Positions 1-13,081 of a stretch of DNA of 64,000 nucleotides are shown piece after piece; positions within the stretch are counted from its first letter, which is position 1; every line of letters starts with the position of its first letter. The DNA is from Squalus acanthias (taxonomy: Eukaryota): positions 66,404,001 through 66,468,000 of the forward strand of contig CM059432.1 in assembly GCA_030390025.1 (NCBI GenBank), written 5' to 3'. The position numbers were made by a program, and so were the translations under genes. Under the pieces are notes generated by a model. That model searched no databases. It was not told the DNA's origin and saw nothing but the letters and a program-made list of their open reading frames with translations.

Positions 1-1174
1 TTTGATAAAGTGCCACATAATAGGCTTGCCAGCAAAGTTGAAGCCCATGGAATAAAAGGGACAGTGGCAGCATGGATACGAAATTGGCTAAGTGACAGGA
101 AACAGAGCATAGTGGTGAACGGTTGTTTTTCGAACTGGAGGAAGCTACACAGTGGTGTTTCCCAGGGGTCGGTACTAGGACCACTGCTTTTCTTGAAATA
201 TATTAATGACTCAGACTTGGGTGTAGAAGGCACAATTTCAAAATCTGCAGATGACACAAAGCTTGGAAGTATGGTGAACAGTGAGGAGGATAGTGATAGA
301 CTTGAAGAAGACATGGACAGGCTGGTGAAATGGGTGTAAACATGACAGATGAAATTTAACGCAGAAAAGTGCAAAGTGATACATTTTGGTAGGAAGAACA
401 AGGCGAGGCAATATAAACTAAAGGGTACAATCCTAAAGAGGGTGCATGAACAGAGAGACCTGGGGGTATATGTGCACAAATCGTTGAAGGTGGCAGGTCA
501 GGTTGAGAAAGCGGTTAAAAAAGCATACGGGATCCTGGGCTTCATAAATAGAGGCATAGAGTACAAAAGCAAGGAAGTTATGATGAACCTTTATAAAACA
601 CTGGTTCAGCCTCAACTGGATTATTGTGTCCAATTCTGGGCACCACACTTTAGGAAGGATGTGAAGGCCTTAGAGAGGGTGCAGAAAAGAGTTACGAGAA
701 TTGTTCCAGGGATGAGGGACTTCAGTTACGTGGATAGACTAGAGAAGCTGGGATCGTTCTCCTTAGAGCAGAGAAGGTTGAGAGGAGATTTGATCGAGAT
801 GTTCAAAATCATGAGGGGTCTAGACAGAGTAGATAGAGAAAAACTGTTCCCATTGGCAGAAGGGTCGAGAACCAGAGGACACAGATTTAAGGTGATTGGC
901 AGAAGAACCAAAGTTGACATCAGGAAAAACCATTTTACACAGCGAGTGGTAAGGATCTGGAATGCACTGCCTGAAAGGGTGGTGGAGGCAGATTCAATCG
1001 TGGCTTTCAAAAGGGAATTGGATAAGTACCTGAAGGAAAAAAATTTGCAGGGAAACGGAGAAAGGGCGGGGGGAGTGGGATTAGCTGAAGTGCTCTTGCA
1101 GAGAGACGGCACGGACTCGACGGGCCAAATGGCCTCCTTCTGTGTTGTACCCATTCTATGATGCTATGATTCTA
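1..1174 (+). mobile_element. CR1 LINE 3' portion (degenerate ORF2 RT domain plus 3' UTR), running off the window start
   Basis: ORFs 10-339 and 349-1161 carry CR1 RT motifs (GVSQGSVLGP, SADDTKL, YCVQFWAPH, RRLRGDLI, RTRGH, FTQRVV) split by stops. It ends in the CR1 (ATTCTATG)n-like tail at about 1153-1174. Confidence 0.93.
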
Positions 1175-2960
1175 AGGAAGAGGGTAGTCAGGAGCAATGT
1201 TGGCCCCTTAAAAACTGAAAGCGGTGATATTGTCAATGATAATAAGGAAATGGCGGACATGTTGAATAATTATTTAGCATCAGTATTTACAGTAGAAGAA
1301 AAGGATAACATGCCGGAAATCCCAAGGAAACTAATATTAAATTGGGGACAGTGACTCAATAAAATTAACGTAAGTAAAATAACAGTATTGAAGAAAATAA
1401 TGGCACTAAAGAGTGACAAATTCCCAGGGCCAGATGGTTTCCATCCCAGGATTTTAAAAGAAGTAGGTGAGCACATTGCAGATGCCCTAACTATAATCTT
1501 CCAAAGTTCTCTAGATTAAGGAACCATCCCTTTAGATTGGAAAATTGCGCCTGTCACTCTGCTATTTAAGAATGGTGAGAGGGAAACCAGGGAATTATAA
1601 ACCAGTTAACTTAACATCTGTTGTCGGGAAATTGCTAGAGTCTATAATTAAGGATAGGGTGACTGAAAATCTCGAAAATTTTCAGTTGATCAGAGAGAGC
1701 CAGCATGGATTTGTGAAAGGCAGGTCATGCCTGACAAACCTGATTGAATTTTTTGAAGAGATGACTAAAGTAGTGGACAGGGGAATGTCTATGGATGTTA
1801 TTTATATGGACTTCTAGAAGGCATTTGATAAAGTCCCACATAAGAGACTGTTAACTAAGGTAAAAGCCCACGGTATTGAGGGCAAATTATTGACCTGGTT
1901 CGGAAATTGGCTGAGTTGCAGGAGACAGAGAGTAGGGATAATGGGTAGGTGCTCAAATTGGCAGGAGGTGACTAGTGGTGTCGCACAGGGATCTGTGTTG
2001 GGGCCTCAACTATTCACAGTATTTATTAACAACTTAGATGATGGCATAGAAAGTCATACATCCAAATTTGCCAATGACACAAAGATAGGTGGCATTGTAG
2101 GCAGTGTAGATGAATGCATACAATTACAAAGAGATATTGATAGATTAAGTGAATGGGGAAAAACTGTGACAAATGGATTTCAATGTCGGCAAATGTGAGG
2201 TCATCCACTTTGGACCTAAAAAGGATAGAACAGGGTACTTTCTAAATGGTGAAAAGCTAAAAACAGTGGATGTCCAAAGAGACTTGGGGTCCAGGTACAT
2301 AGATCATTAAAATGTCATGAACAGGTACAGAAAATAATCAAAAAGGCTAATGGAATCTAGAGGACTAGAATACAAGGGGGTAGAAGTTATGCTGTAGCTG
2401 TACAAAAGTCTGGTTAGACCACACCTGGAGTACTGTGAACAGTTCTGGGCACCCCACCTTAGGAAGAATATATTGGCCTTGGAGGGAGTGCCAGAATGAT
2501 ACCCGGATTTCATGGGTTAAGTTACGAGGAGAGATTACACAAATTAGGGTTGTATTCCCTAGAATTTAGAAGGTTAGGGGGTGATCTGATCGAAGTTTTC
2601 AAGATATTATGGGGAATAGATAGGGTAGATAGAGAGAAACTAGTTCCGCTGGTTGGGGATTCTAGGACTAGGGGGCATAGTCTAAAAATTAGAGCCAGAC
2701 CTTTTAGGAGTGAAATTAGGAAACACTTCTGCACACAAAGGGTGATAGAAGTTTGGAGCTTTCTTCCGCAAATGGCAATTGATGCTAGATCAATTGTTAA
2801 TTTTAAATCGGAGATTGATAAATTTTTGTTAACCAAAAGTATTAAGGGATATGGGACAAAGGCGGGTATATGGAGTTAGGTCGCAGATCAGCCATGATCT
2901 CACTGAATAGCGGAACAGGCTTGAGGGGCTCAATGGCCTACTCCTGTTTCTATGTTCCCA
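1175..2960 (+). mobile_element. CR1 LINE, degenerate ORF2 (RT) plus 3' end, second subfamily
   Basis: Fragments NYKPVNLTSVVGK, QHGFVKGRSCLTNL, GVAQGSVLGP and RRLGGDLIEVFK, with multiple stops. 3' UTR TCAGCCATGATC...GGCCTACTCCTG tail at about 2890-2960. Confidence 0.92.
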
Positions 2961-2978
2961 CAGATAAATGATCATATA

Positions 2979-3388
2979 GGCCTTGAATTTGCGGTCGGAG
3001 GCTTCCTGTGGGGAAATGTCTCCATTCCGCAAATAAAATCTGCGCCTACCTGGTGGTCCAGGAGGTATGGAGACTCATGGTCCTGAGCCTCCAGGTTTTT
3101 AAATGTGTTTTACTTTTCTGTTTTTCAAAACTCTGGTAAAAGCAGGCCTTATGCCTGCTTTACCAAGCTTAAGAATTTCACGGGCATTCACTGGGCAGAA
3201 GTTGGGCAAAAAGACCAACTCTCTGCCCGCGGATGCCCTTTTCCCGGGGATGCGGATGATCTGTCAAGAAAATCCTTGACAGATCACAAGTTCCGGGTTT
3301 TAGCGCATCTACAGTGCATGCCTAAATCCAGAACTTGCGCGGCCCTTATGGGCACGTACGCACCCGTAGGGGCCACAAATTACGGTCC
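2979..3388. mobile_element. Non-autonomous PIF/Harbinger-like MITE
   Basis: Degenerate TIRs GGCCTTGAATTTGCGG / CCACAAATTACGGTCC. 3-bp TSD ATA at 2976-2978 and 3389-3391. Confidence 0.65.
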
Positions 3389-3419
3389 ATAATCTTTTTT
3401 AGTCACATAAGCCGAGGAC

Positions 3420-3649
3420 CCTTGGAGAACTCCCTGCTCATCTTAAAATACTGCCCTGGTTTATTTTACGTTCACAGGGCCTCAGTTTAACATCTCACCT
3501 GAAAGGCGGCACCTTTGACAGTGCAACACTCCCTCAGTACTGTACTGAAATGTCTGCTGAGATTATGTGCGACAGTCTCTGGAGTGGGGCTTCAACCCAT
3601 GACCTTCTAACTTAGAGGCAAAATTGCTACCACTGAGCCAAGGCTGACA
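3420..3649 (-). mobile_element. tRNA-headed SINE, SacSINE1/DeuSINE-like
   Basis: Minus strand starts GTCAGCCTTGGCTCAGTGG (A box) ... GGTTGAAGCCC (B-box-like), followed by the Deu-like core GGGAGTGTTGCACTGTCAAAGGTGCC...GATGTTAAACTGAGGCCC. Confidence 0.8.
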
Positions 3650-4323
3650 AGATAAAGGTGAGAGATTAGTTAAGATACATTATACAACATCATGAATAAA
3701 TTCTACATGATTTAGTTCATGTATTTAAATAAAGCTACATTTTGCTGCATTAAAAAATTCCTATGGATGCATGGAATAATCTTTGTTTACAAAGCCAATA
3801 CCTCTGCTAAGCTTGCTTAAATCTAGTTAACTATTTACAAGTGTGAGAATACTTCTCTCTCTCAGTTGTTTCAGTTAAAATGGGATATTAGGGGGGAATT
3901 TCTTCTGTACTATATGTGTAATGAAATCATATAAGGGATGGGTTACACACAATGCACAAAATAAATCTCCTTAGGGCATTGCAGTCTGTCACTGACGTAA
4001 CAGTCAGATTAGCTGCATCAAGAGGAAGACCACATGACAAAGATATTGTAGCTATTTTTTTTGTCATTTCATTAGTCATTACATTTTAAATTATCTTTCA
4101 TATCTAAGGAATATTCTTGCAACCAAAGTAAAAATTCATGGCAAGATTACACTTTCTGCAGATGACATGGCTGTTTGCACAGTAGAAACAAGATAATCAA
4201 ATGCATTAACAATCCAACTGATAATGCACAATTTAGTACATTTACCACTGCAAATTTATTGTGACATTAAGTTAATTTATCCAATGGAACTTTAGATCTA
4301 ATAGTGAAAACTAAATAGCTTTG

Positions 4324-4710
4324 AAAGAAAAGAAAGATTTGCATTTATATAGCGCCTTTCACGGCCAGCGGACGTCCCAAAGCGCTTTACAGTCAATGAA
4401 GTACTTTTGATGTGTGGTCACTGTTGCAATGTAGGAAACGTGGCAGCCAATTTGCACACAGCACACTCCCACAAACAGCAATGTGATAATGACCAGATAA
4501 TCTGTTTTTGTTATGTTGATTGAGGGATAAATATTGGCCAGGACACTGGGGATAACTCCGCTGCTCTTCTTCGAAATAGTGCCATGGGATCTTTTATGTC
4601 CGCCTGAGAGCAGACGGAGCCTCAGTTTAACATCTCATCCGAAAGACAGCACCTCCGACAGTGCAGCACTCAGAGGGGAGTGTGCTACTCACTGAGCCAC
4701 AGCTGACACA
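4324..4710 (-). mobile_element. SacSINE1/DeuSINE-like SINE with internal deletion
   Basis: Same A-box head and Deu-like core as the 3420-3649 copy. L2-like tail GGCGCTATATAAATGCAAATC(TTTTC)n. Confidence 0.8.
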
Positions 4711-4824
4711 ACCAGAAATGACTTAATCAACCTCAGTGAATAACTGACTTATTTTGTACTTGTGGTAATTTAGCTAACGAGAACCAGCTCAGGGATAAAT
4801 CACATTTCAGAGAGTATGAATGTC

Positions 4825-5574
4825 GGCCCTGAATTCGCTCTCAGAGTACGCCGTCATACCGCCTTTGAAATTGACCGCAAGTTCAGGATTCCCGCATGCG
4901 CGTGCGCTAAATCCCGAACTTGCGATCTGTCAAGTTCTGACTCTGCAGTGGCTTTGTTACATGTTTCACCTACCCATTGAAATCAACGTGCTGGCGAAAG
5001 TTCGTCTAATTGCCCACCTACTGCGCATTAATTACCCTGAAAATGTTTACGGCTGGTGCAAACAAGTGCAGGAGCCTGTTGCACAGCCTAAGGGGAGAGG
5101 GGATGAGAAAATTGTATTAATTTTAAGCTAGGTTTATGCTATAGCCTATAAAAAGCATCCTAATCGAGTTTTATGATTTTAAGGATACCTTCAGTAAAAA
5201 GACATTTCAGTGTTTCATCAAATTGCATTAATGTTGAAATCTTGGTTTGTGTATTAACTACTATTGTAATTTATTAATAAAGTAACACTTCTGGCTGCTA
5301 AATTATTTAAAATGAGTTGTGGGCAAATCAGCAATCTCCTCTGTTTCCTGATTGGCTAAGAGTCCGGAAGTGAAAGGAGCACCGCCCCACGTGATCCCAG
5401 GTTCACATACGCACAACGGTGTGCCCCTGGGATCCGTGGGCCACTACGCTGCGCACACACCTGAACATTTGAAAGCAAGTTTTCGCTTGCGGCTTCGCAT
5501 GAGGTAAGTGCGGATTTTGTTTGGATGTCGGCGGCGTACTCCTTAGCTACGCCGCCGACCGCAAATTCAAGGCC
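4825..5574. mobile_element. Non-autonomous PIF/Harbinger-like MITE
   Basis: TIRs GGCCCTGAATTCGC / GCAAATTCAAGGCC. Flanks GTC and ATC (imperfect 3-bp TSD). GC/CpG-rich arms around an AT-rich core. Confidence 0.7.
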
Positions 5575-5821
5575 ATCATGTTTTATGAAAGAATTAGTTA
5601 AAAGAAAATTGTAATTCATTTTTAATAGCTCAATGTCCAGGCTATTTTTCCTCAATGGTGAAAAATTGGTCACCATTTTAAAATTAAAAAATTTAAAACC
5701 ATGGGGTCACTGCTATGTGAGTGCACTTGCACCAATTTTCTTTTTCACTTGTGCCATGTACTCCTGTTCTTGGAGCATTAGGAACAGGAAATTGAAGCAG
5801 AGACCCGTATTGTCAGGTCTT

Positions 5822-6040
5822 CAACAACAACTTGTATTTATATAGCGCCTTTAATGTAGTAAAATGTCCCAAGGCGTTTTGCAGGAGTATTTTAAGACCA
5901 CATAAGGATAAATTAGGGCAGGTGACCAAAAGCTTTGTCAAAGAGGTAGGTTTTAAGGAGCGTCTTAAAGGAGGAAAGAGAGGTAGCGAGGCGGACAGGT
6001 TTAGGCATGGAATTCCAGAGCTTAGGGCCTAGGCAACAGA
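5822..6040 (-). mobile_element. L2-type LINE 3' end fragment
   Basis: Similar to the 3' end of the L2 at 7966-9530. (TTG)n tail. Further copies at about 32600-32770, 38040-38195 and 49852-50145. Confidence 0.75.
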
Positions 6041-6689
6041 AGGCTCATTTCGCCACATTTGTGCATGGTACTCATTTTATGGGAAGAGACGGGGGGTGGG
6101 AAGCTCCCACCTGAAACAGGCAGGAACAATTTAATTCTATGCAAATGATAACCAACTATTGCCTCCCGCATCATTTTACACCACTTATGATGGCATTGTG
6201 ACCGAGGATTTCCTGCTTATCTGGGGTCAAAGCTGATCACTGCGCTTTTAGAATGCAATTACGCCAGAATTCACACTACTTCATATGGAAATTAAGTTAC
6301 CGAGGAAACTGGCGTTCAACTATCCCCTCTGCTTGTGAATGGTGTAATTTTCCGTCGCTACAGACATCGAGGAAATTTAGAACAAATGTTTCAAACATAA
6401 TCGCAATTTTTAATTTTATGATTAATTTTCCAAGTGATGGTGATAAATAAATATAACAATAGCTCTTGCTGCGAATCCCAAGCATCTTCTGGCTAGTTTT
6501 CGGGCCTAGCCTTGCTATGTGACCAACGTGTGCATGAACCCAGAGGCCCAAATGGAGATGCAGAGCAACGTGGTGATAACAGGTAGGATTTTTTTAAAGT
6601 ATTTTGTGATGCATTTTCAGATGCAGTAATATAGTTTTTGCAAAGAGCTGTGACCTGTTAGAGATTAAATACAGCCACTAATGAGGTTT

Positions 6690-7011
6690 CTTCTTCTTCT
6701 TCGGCAGTCCCTCGGAACCGAGGATGACTTGCTTCCACACTAAAAATGAGTTCTCAGGTGACTGATGAGTCCAATGCAGGACCTACAGTCTCTGTCACAG
6801 GTGGGGCAGACGGTGGTTGAAGGGGCGAGTGGGTGGGGTGCTTGGATTGACGTGCGCTCCTTCCGCTGTTTGCGCTTGGCTTCCGCTTGCTCCCGGCGAA
6901 GAGACTCGAGTTGTTCAGCGCCTTCCCGGATGCTTCTCCTCCACTTTGTGCAGTCTTGGGCCAGGGATTCCCAGGTGTCGATGGGGATGTTGCACTTTTT
7001 CAAGGAGGCTT
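6690..7011 (-). mobile_element. RTE-clade LINE 3' end, 5'-truncated
   Basis: ORF 6740-7003 ends with the C-terminal CPTCDRDCRSCIGLISHLRTH zinc finger. (GAA)n tail. 8-bp TSD TGAGGTTT at 6682-6689 and 7012-7019. Confidence 0.9.
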
Positions 7012-7965
7012 TGAGGTTTATACACCAACTGTCAATCTATATTGGTTTATGTATAAAAAAATAGCAACTCATGATTTTTATTCCAAATCTCTCGATTTTT
7101 AAGAGTTTGTCTCTTGATTTATGAGACGGTGGGGTTGCCATTACTGCATTTTTGCTCCCCATCTCCAGAGAAAATTGTACTTAACCTGGAGTTGGTGGCT
7201 GCAGAGGCCACTGAATAATCCTGAGTGGAGCAGGCCTGCGCTTACCCCACTTATTGCAAATTAATTTCTCCTTCAACAGGCATTAGGCCCCTAATTTACA
7301 TATTTAAGGGGCCTAACCCCTCTTTTAGATCTATGCCCCGGACAACAAAAAAAGCCCCATGAATTTAGCAGTGGGACCAACGCCTGTGCAGATTGGGCAA
7401 AGGCCGTCTCACGTCTAAATTAGTATGCTTTGCACCCATTTTATGCCTGAAAAATGGGTGAAACGCATACCAGTTGCTAACCTTCATCTCTAAATACTTG
7501 CTTCTCCCTCTACCCCATGTACTATTTCAAAATACCCCACCAAAAAATCAAAGATTTGAGCAAAAATGGATTAAGCTGGTTTTTACTTCTTTTAAAACAT
7601 CTATAAGAGCACAAATGTTATGTGTATTTGCAATACAATATCCTTTTTTCTAAATTCCTTGTAAATCCTTTGGAGACACCAATTGTAACTATTTGCTACT
7701 TTGCAACAGTAGATACAGCAGTCAAATATGTGTAAATAAAACATTGTGCTCATTTTATTTTTAATCAGAATTAGTGCGTGGCTGCTTTAACGGAACTTTT
7801 GATCCAAGAATAGTATGGGTTACAAATTCAAATTACAAACGGCTCTATCATTGTAAAATGCAGAATTTCCTGTATTCTGAATTAATTAATTACTTATCTA
7901 TTGGGAATATTTAGAAACTTTTGCATTGAATCAGTACTTACAGACCAAAAGTGATATTCACGATG

Positions 7966-9530
7966 ATAACAATAATAACAAGTATTTATATAGCACTTTT
8001 AACATAGTAAAATGTCCCAAGGCGCTTCACAGGAGTGTTAGAAGACTAAAGAAAAATTGACACCGAGCAACATAAGGAGAAATTAGGTCAGATAACCAAA
8101 AGCTTGGTCAACAAGGCAGTTTTTAAGGAGTGTCTTAAAGGAGGAGAGAGAGGTGTGGAGAGGTTTAGGGAGGGGATTCTTGAGCTTAGGGCCTAGGCAG
8201 CTGAAGACACGACCACCAGTGGTTGAATAATGAAAATCGTGGGTGAGCAAGAGTACAGAATTGGAGAAGCACAGCGATCTCGGAGGGTTGTAGGGCTGGA
8301 GGAGGTAACAGAAATAGGGAGGGGCAAGGCCATGGAGAGATTAGAAAATAAGAATGAGAATTTTTAAATTGAGACGTTGCAAGTCCCAGAGCCAATCTAG
8401 GTCAGCGAGCACAAGGGTGATGGATGAACGGGACTTGATGTGAGTTAGGATACGGGCAGCAGAGTTTTAGATGAGTTCAAGTTTATGGAGGGTGGAAGGT
8501 GGAAGGCCAGCCAGGAAAGCATTGGAATAGACAAGTCTGGTGGTAGCAAAGGCATGGATGAGGGTTTCACCAGCAGATGAGCTAAGGCAGAGGCGGCGAC
8601 GGGTGATGTTACGAAGGTAGAAGTAGACGGTCTTGGTGATGGAGTGGATATGTGGTCGGAAGTTCATCTCAGGGTCAAATACAACACCAAGGTTGCGAAC
8701 AGTCTGGTTCAGCCTCAGGCTATTGTCAGGGAGAGGGATGGAGTTGGTGGCTAAGGAACAGAGTTTATGGCGGAGACCGAAGACAAAGGCTTCGGTATTC
8801 CCAATATTTAGTTGGAGGAGATTTGTGCTCATCCAGTACTGGTTGTTGGACAAGCAGTGTTACAAATCAGAAACAATGGAGGGGTTGAGAGAGGTTGTGG
8901 TGAGGTAGAGCTGGGTGTTGTCAGCATACTTGCTGAATCTGACATCGTGTTTTTGGATGATGTTGCCGAGGGGCAGCATGTAGATAAGAAATAGGAGGTG
9001 GCCAAGGATAGATCCTTGGGGGACTCCAGAGGTAACAGTGCCGGAGTGGAAAGCGAAGCCATTGCAGGTGATTCTCTGGCTATGACTGGATAGATAAGAA
9101 TGGAGCCAGGCGAGGGCAGCCCCACCCAGCTGGACAATGGAGGAGAGGCGTTGCAGGAGGATGATGTGGTCAAATGTGTCATAAACTGCAGACAGGTTGC
9201 GAAGGATGTGGAGGAATAGTTTACCACGATCACAGTCACATAGAATGTCATTTGTGTCTTTGATAAAGACCATTTCAGTACTGTGGCAGGGTCGGAAATC
9301 TGATTGGAGGGATTCAAACATGGAGTTACAGGAAAGGTGGGCATGGATTTGGGAGGCGACAACACGTTCAAGGACTTTGGAGAGTAAAAGGAGGATGGAG
9401 ATGGGGCAGTAATTTGCAAGGGCGGAGTGGTCAATGGTGTTTTTTTTGAGGAGGGGGTGATGACGGCAGATTTGAAGGGGAGGGGGAGAGTACCAGAGGA
9501 GAGGGACCTTTAACAATATCAACTAACATG
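7966..9530 (-). mobile_element. L2-clade LINE, degenerate ORF2 RT plus 3' end
   Basis: ORFs 8860-9522 and 8467-8853 carry L2 motifs (ESLQSDFRPCHSTE, GVPQGSILG, YADNTQLY, VRNLGVVFD, ETLIHAF). Confidence 0.9.
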
Positions 9531-9819
9531 AATTGCATCCAGTGTTCTGATTTCGTATGTGTACATTTGTTTTGTTAATTATGGTTAGGTTGCCTAGAAA
9601 CCTAACTTCGAAAGAATTGAGTGCTTGAAAACAGAACATTGAAAAGCAGCACAGTTCTGATGACTTCTGTTATTTGAACAAACTAAAAGCCTCCCATTTA
9701 ACTCCCTACTCGTGGTAGATGTTTCAATTTATGTTAGGCTAGTGCCAAATATGGTGCAAGAAGCTGAAGGTCATGATATCTTTTTGCAAGTAACCAGAAT
9801 GTTGATTAGAACCCTATGA

Positions 9820-10588
9820 GGGAGAAAATCCCCTCCTTTGCACCTCCCGTGGGGGTGCTAACGGGGCGTAAAGGCCTTTTTGCCCAGCCACAGTGCTGAC
9901 CGCACCTCCTGCCAAATTCCGCAGGAGGTTAGCGGCAGCACTACTGAGGTTGCCCCCTGATCTCACTGTGCCCAGATATCATGACGACATCTCTGGGCAC
10001 ATCGCCCCGGTAGCGCCCCGGCAGAAAAATTCCCCTTCGCCCCCTGCAGCAGCGCGGGGCGATGGCAGCGACTACTGTAGGGGACGCGAGCAGGGCGGCA
10101 GGCAGCTAGCGGGGCGTAAGTTAAAGGTGAGGTGATCGGCCACCCTGAAAAAAATGTCGGCTTTTCTGAAAAAATGTTTTTTTTGCTCCGGACGCGGGGT
10201 CTGTGCCATGATCGGTCAGCCCGGCACTCTGCTTGAGTGCCGGGCTGATCGCGCGTCACCCCCGCTCCCTGGTGCTGCAGGTGAGTTAAAAAAACTGCAG
10301 AGTTCGCAGCGTAGGGCCCTTCCCTTTAATTCAGGGAAGAGCCCCTGCAACGCGTCAGCGCCACGTGGCCCAGTGCATGGCGCTGCTGAGCCGTACGCCC
10401 CGGGTTGTGAACTTTCCCCTCCTTGCGCTCCAAGAAGGAAGTGGAGTGCTTGATTTAGCGCTCCACTTCCCTCTTGGAGCAAAAAGTGGGTATTTTAGAA
10501 AGGCTGGAAGAGGTTAGCGCCTGGCGCTAACTTTTCCAGCTTTTCTGATTTAGCGTCCCAAACAGGGCTTGAGGGGAATTTCTAGCCC
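9820..10588. mobile_element. Non-autonomous PIF/Harbinger-like MITE with internal palindromes
   Basis: TIRs GGGAGAAAATCCCCTC / GAGGGGAATTTCTAGCCC. TSD TGA at 9817-9819 and 10589-10591. Confidence 0.75.
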
Positions 10589-10613
10589 TGACTTTGCTAT
10601 TCAGAAGCAGTTC

Positions 10614-10800
10614 TTATCATAGAATCATAGAAGATAGGAGCAGGAGTAGGCCATTCGGCCCCTCTAGCCTGCTCCGCCATTCAATGCGATCATGGCTGAT
10701 CATCCAAATTCAGTACCCTGTCCCTGCTTTCTCCCCATATCCCTTGATCCCTTTAGCCTTAAGAAATATATCCAACTCCTTCTTGAATCTATTTAATTAA
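10614..10800 (-). mobile_element. CR1 3' end fragment
   Basis: Reverse complement of the CR1 3' UTR (GATCAGCCATGATC...GGCCTACTCCTGCTCCTATCTTCTATGATTCTATG). Confidence 0.85.
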
Positions 10801-11917
10801 TTGGCCTCTATAGAATGAATTGGCCTCTATAGATGTAGGGGACATTACATACTTTTTTCATTGTATTTATGTTTGATATTTTTCTCAGTGTTTTATGTTA
10901 ATTATAAATAAATGCATCAGTTGCAATAGTTTGTGAAAGCTTTTATCTATGCATAATATCTAGCATTCCAAAGTGAGTGTGATAAGTGGTCTGAGTGCCT
11001 TCATGAGAATTGCCTTACACTGCCCTAAAACTATTTGTACAATAATGTAACCTTGGGACGTAATAATAGTGCCTCCTTGTTATTGAACTAGATATTCGTG
11101 TCATTTGCACATGCCCTCACGTGTCTCTCCAATCTTTCTGAAGGCAGATCGAGAAAACACTGGGAAAGATGATACAAATTTGATGCTGTTATAACAGCAG
11201 TTATGATCTGACTCACTTAACTGAATCAGGTACAACTTACCTCCACATAATAATACAAAATAAAGAACACGCCCAGGACACCTAAAAAATGGGCTCCACG
11301 AATTTGGCAATGGGACCTCGCCTGCACAGATTGGGCGCAGACTGGACCACTGCTAGATTGATGTGCTTTGCGCCATTTGAAGCCCGTTAAATGGTTGCAA
11401 CGCACACCAATTTGTACCCCGATGTCTTTTAACTATCCTTCAGCATTCCTTATCTCCTAATCTCAGTGAAAGCCCTCACAGCTTTCCCCTTAATAAACCT
11501 GACTGCCCTTCCAGCCTTTGCTGGACCTGACTGATATTGTCTCTATTTCTTTTTTATATCTCCCTCTGTTCACGGCAAAAAGGAAGGTCTACCAGATACC
11601 TTCTGCCAAGCTCCGGGATGAGTAACTTCACACCACTGTAGCTGTGAGGTGATTTTGATGGGTCACGTTTATTTCCAACACCAGATCTCTGATTGGTCAC
11701 CTTGAAGGCAACACCTAATTTCTGATTGGTCCCCTTGGAGGACAAGACACACCCAGCAGTTTCTCTGGAATGTGTAATTAGATCCTGCCTGTCTAAGTAA
11801 TCAATGAGTTTGCCAAGTGTAATTCGAGCCATTCTGATGGCCTTGCTCCAGACAGAAGAGCTCACATAGAACAGACAGGGCTCACCCTCGTGGGTTAAGA
11901 CCTTCTCCCACCCCACA

Positions 11918-12700
11918 AACAAGTTCCTGCACTCCCCAACAACTTCCTAACCTTCCTCACACGCCCCTGAGTTTCTGACCTTTACTCTCCCCACCCAAGT
12001 TCCTGACCTTCTTCCCCTGCCTAAGTTCCTGACCTTCTCCCCCTGCCCAAGTTCCTGACCTTCTCTCCCTGCCCAAGTTCCTGACCTTCTCCCCCTGCCC
12101 AAGTTCCTGACCTTCTCTCCCCCTTACCAAGTTCCTGACCTTCTCCCCTTGCCCAAGTTCCTGACCTTCTCTCCCCCTGCCCAAGTTCCTGACCTCCCCC
12201 TTACCAAGTTCCTGACCTTCTCCCCACCCAAGTTTCTGACCTTCTCCCCTGCCCAAGTTCCTGACCTTCTCGCCCCCTACCCAAGTTCCTGACCTTCTCT
12301 CCCCCTACCCAAGTTCCTGACCTTCTCCCCCACCCAAGTTTCTGACCTTCTCTCCCTGCCCAAGTTCCTGACCTTCTCTCTCCGCCCAAGTTTCTGACCT
12401 TCTCTCCCCGCCCAAGTTCCTGACCTTCTCCCCCGCCCGAGTTCCTGACCTTCTCTCTCCCCGCCCAAGTTCCTGACCTTCTCGCCCCCTACCCAAGTTC
12501 CTGACCTTCTCTCCCCCTACCCAAGTTCCTGACCTTCTCCCCCGCCCGAGTTCCTGACCTTCTCTCTCCCCGCCCAAGTTTCTGACCTTCTCTCCCCGCC
12601 CAAGTTCCTGACCTTCTCCCCCGCCCAAGTTCCTGACCTTCTCTCCCTGCCCAAGTTCCTGACCTTCTCTCCCCGCCCAAGTTCCTGACCTCCTCTCCCC
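11918..12700. repeat. C/T-rich minisatellite with ~27-31-bp unit (CCAAGTTCCTGACCTTCTC(TC)CCC...)
   Basis: More than 20 tandem copies are visible. It explains the repetitive GRGREGQELG ORFs on the minus strand. Confidence 0.95.
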
Positions 12701-13081
12701 CCTCTGATCCCCTCTCCCCTTTTGATCCTCTCTCTCCCCCACCCATCCGGCAGAGATCCAGTGATGGGCCTCATCCCACGGAGCTGAGGAAAGCCTGGCC
12801 CACGCTGCACTGCAGGCCGCAACTGTTGGATAATGCGCATGCCCGTCCTCAGTAAACAACGTGCATGTGCAAAAGGGGATCGGGTGCGCACGCACGGCTC
12901 CGGGACACCGCACGCATGCGCAGAAGACCGCAAAAATATTTGTGCAAATAATCACTCGGATTGTGATTACTGGGACACACTGCCAAATTGCTTATTGTTT
13001 ACTGTCTTTGGGAAACAAAACTCCCATTAGCATATTAACCACCTATCGTTTCTGCCTCTTTTTTTAACTTGTGTGAAAACA

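Noticed and set aside
3575..3649. tRNA gene
   Set aside because: The A and B boxes belong to a SINE head that continues into the Deu-like core. No full cloverleaf.
5527..5574. Helitron 3' hairpin
   Set aside because: No CTRR terminus follows. The hairpin abuts a TIR that is matched at 4825.
11957..12955. Several long minus-strand ORFs (GRGREGQELG repeats)
   Set aside because: They are translations of the minisatellite and are open in multiple frames because of its composition.
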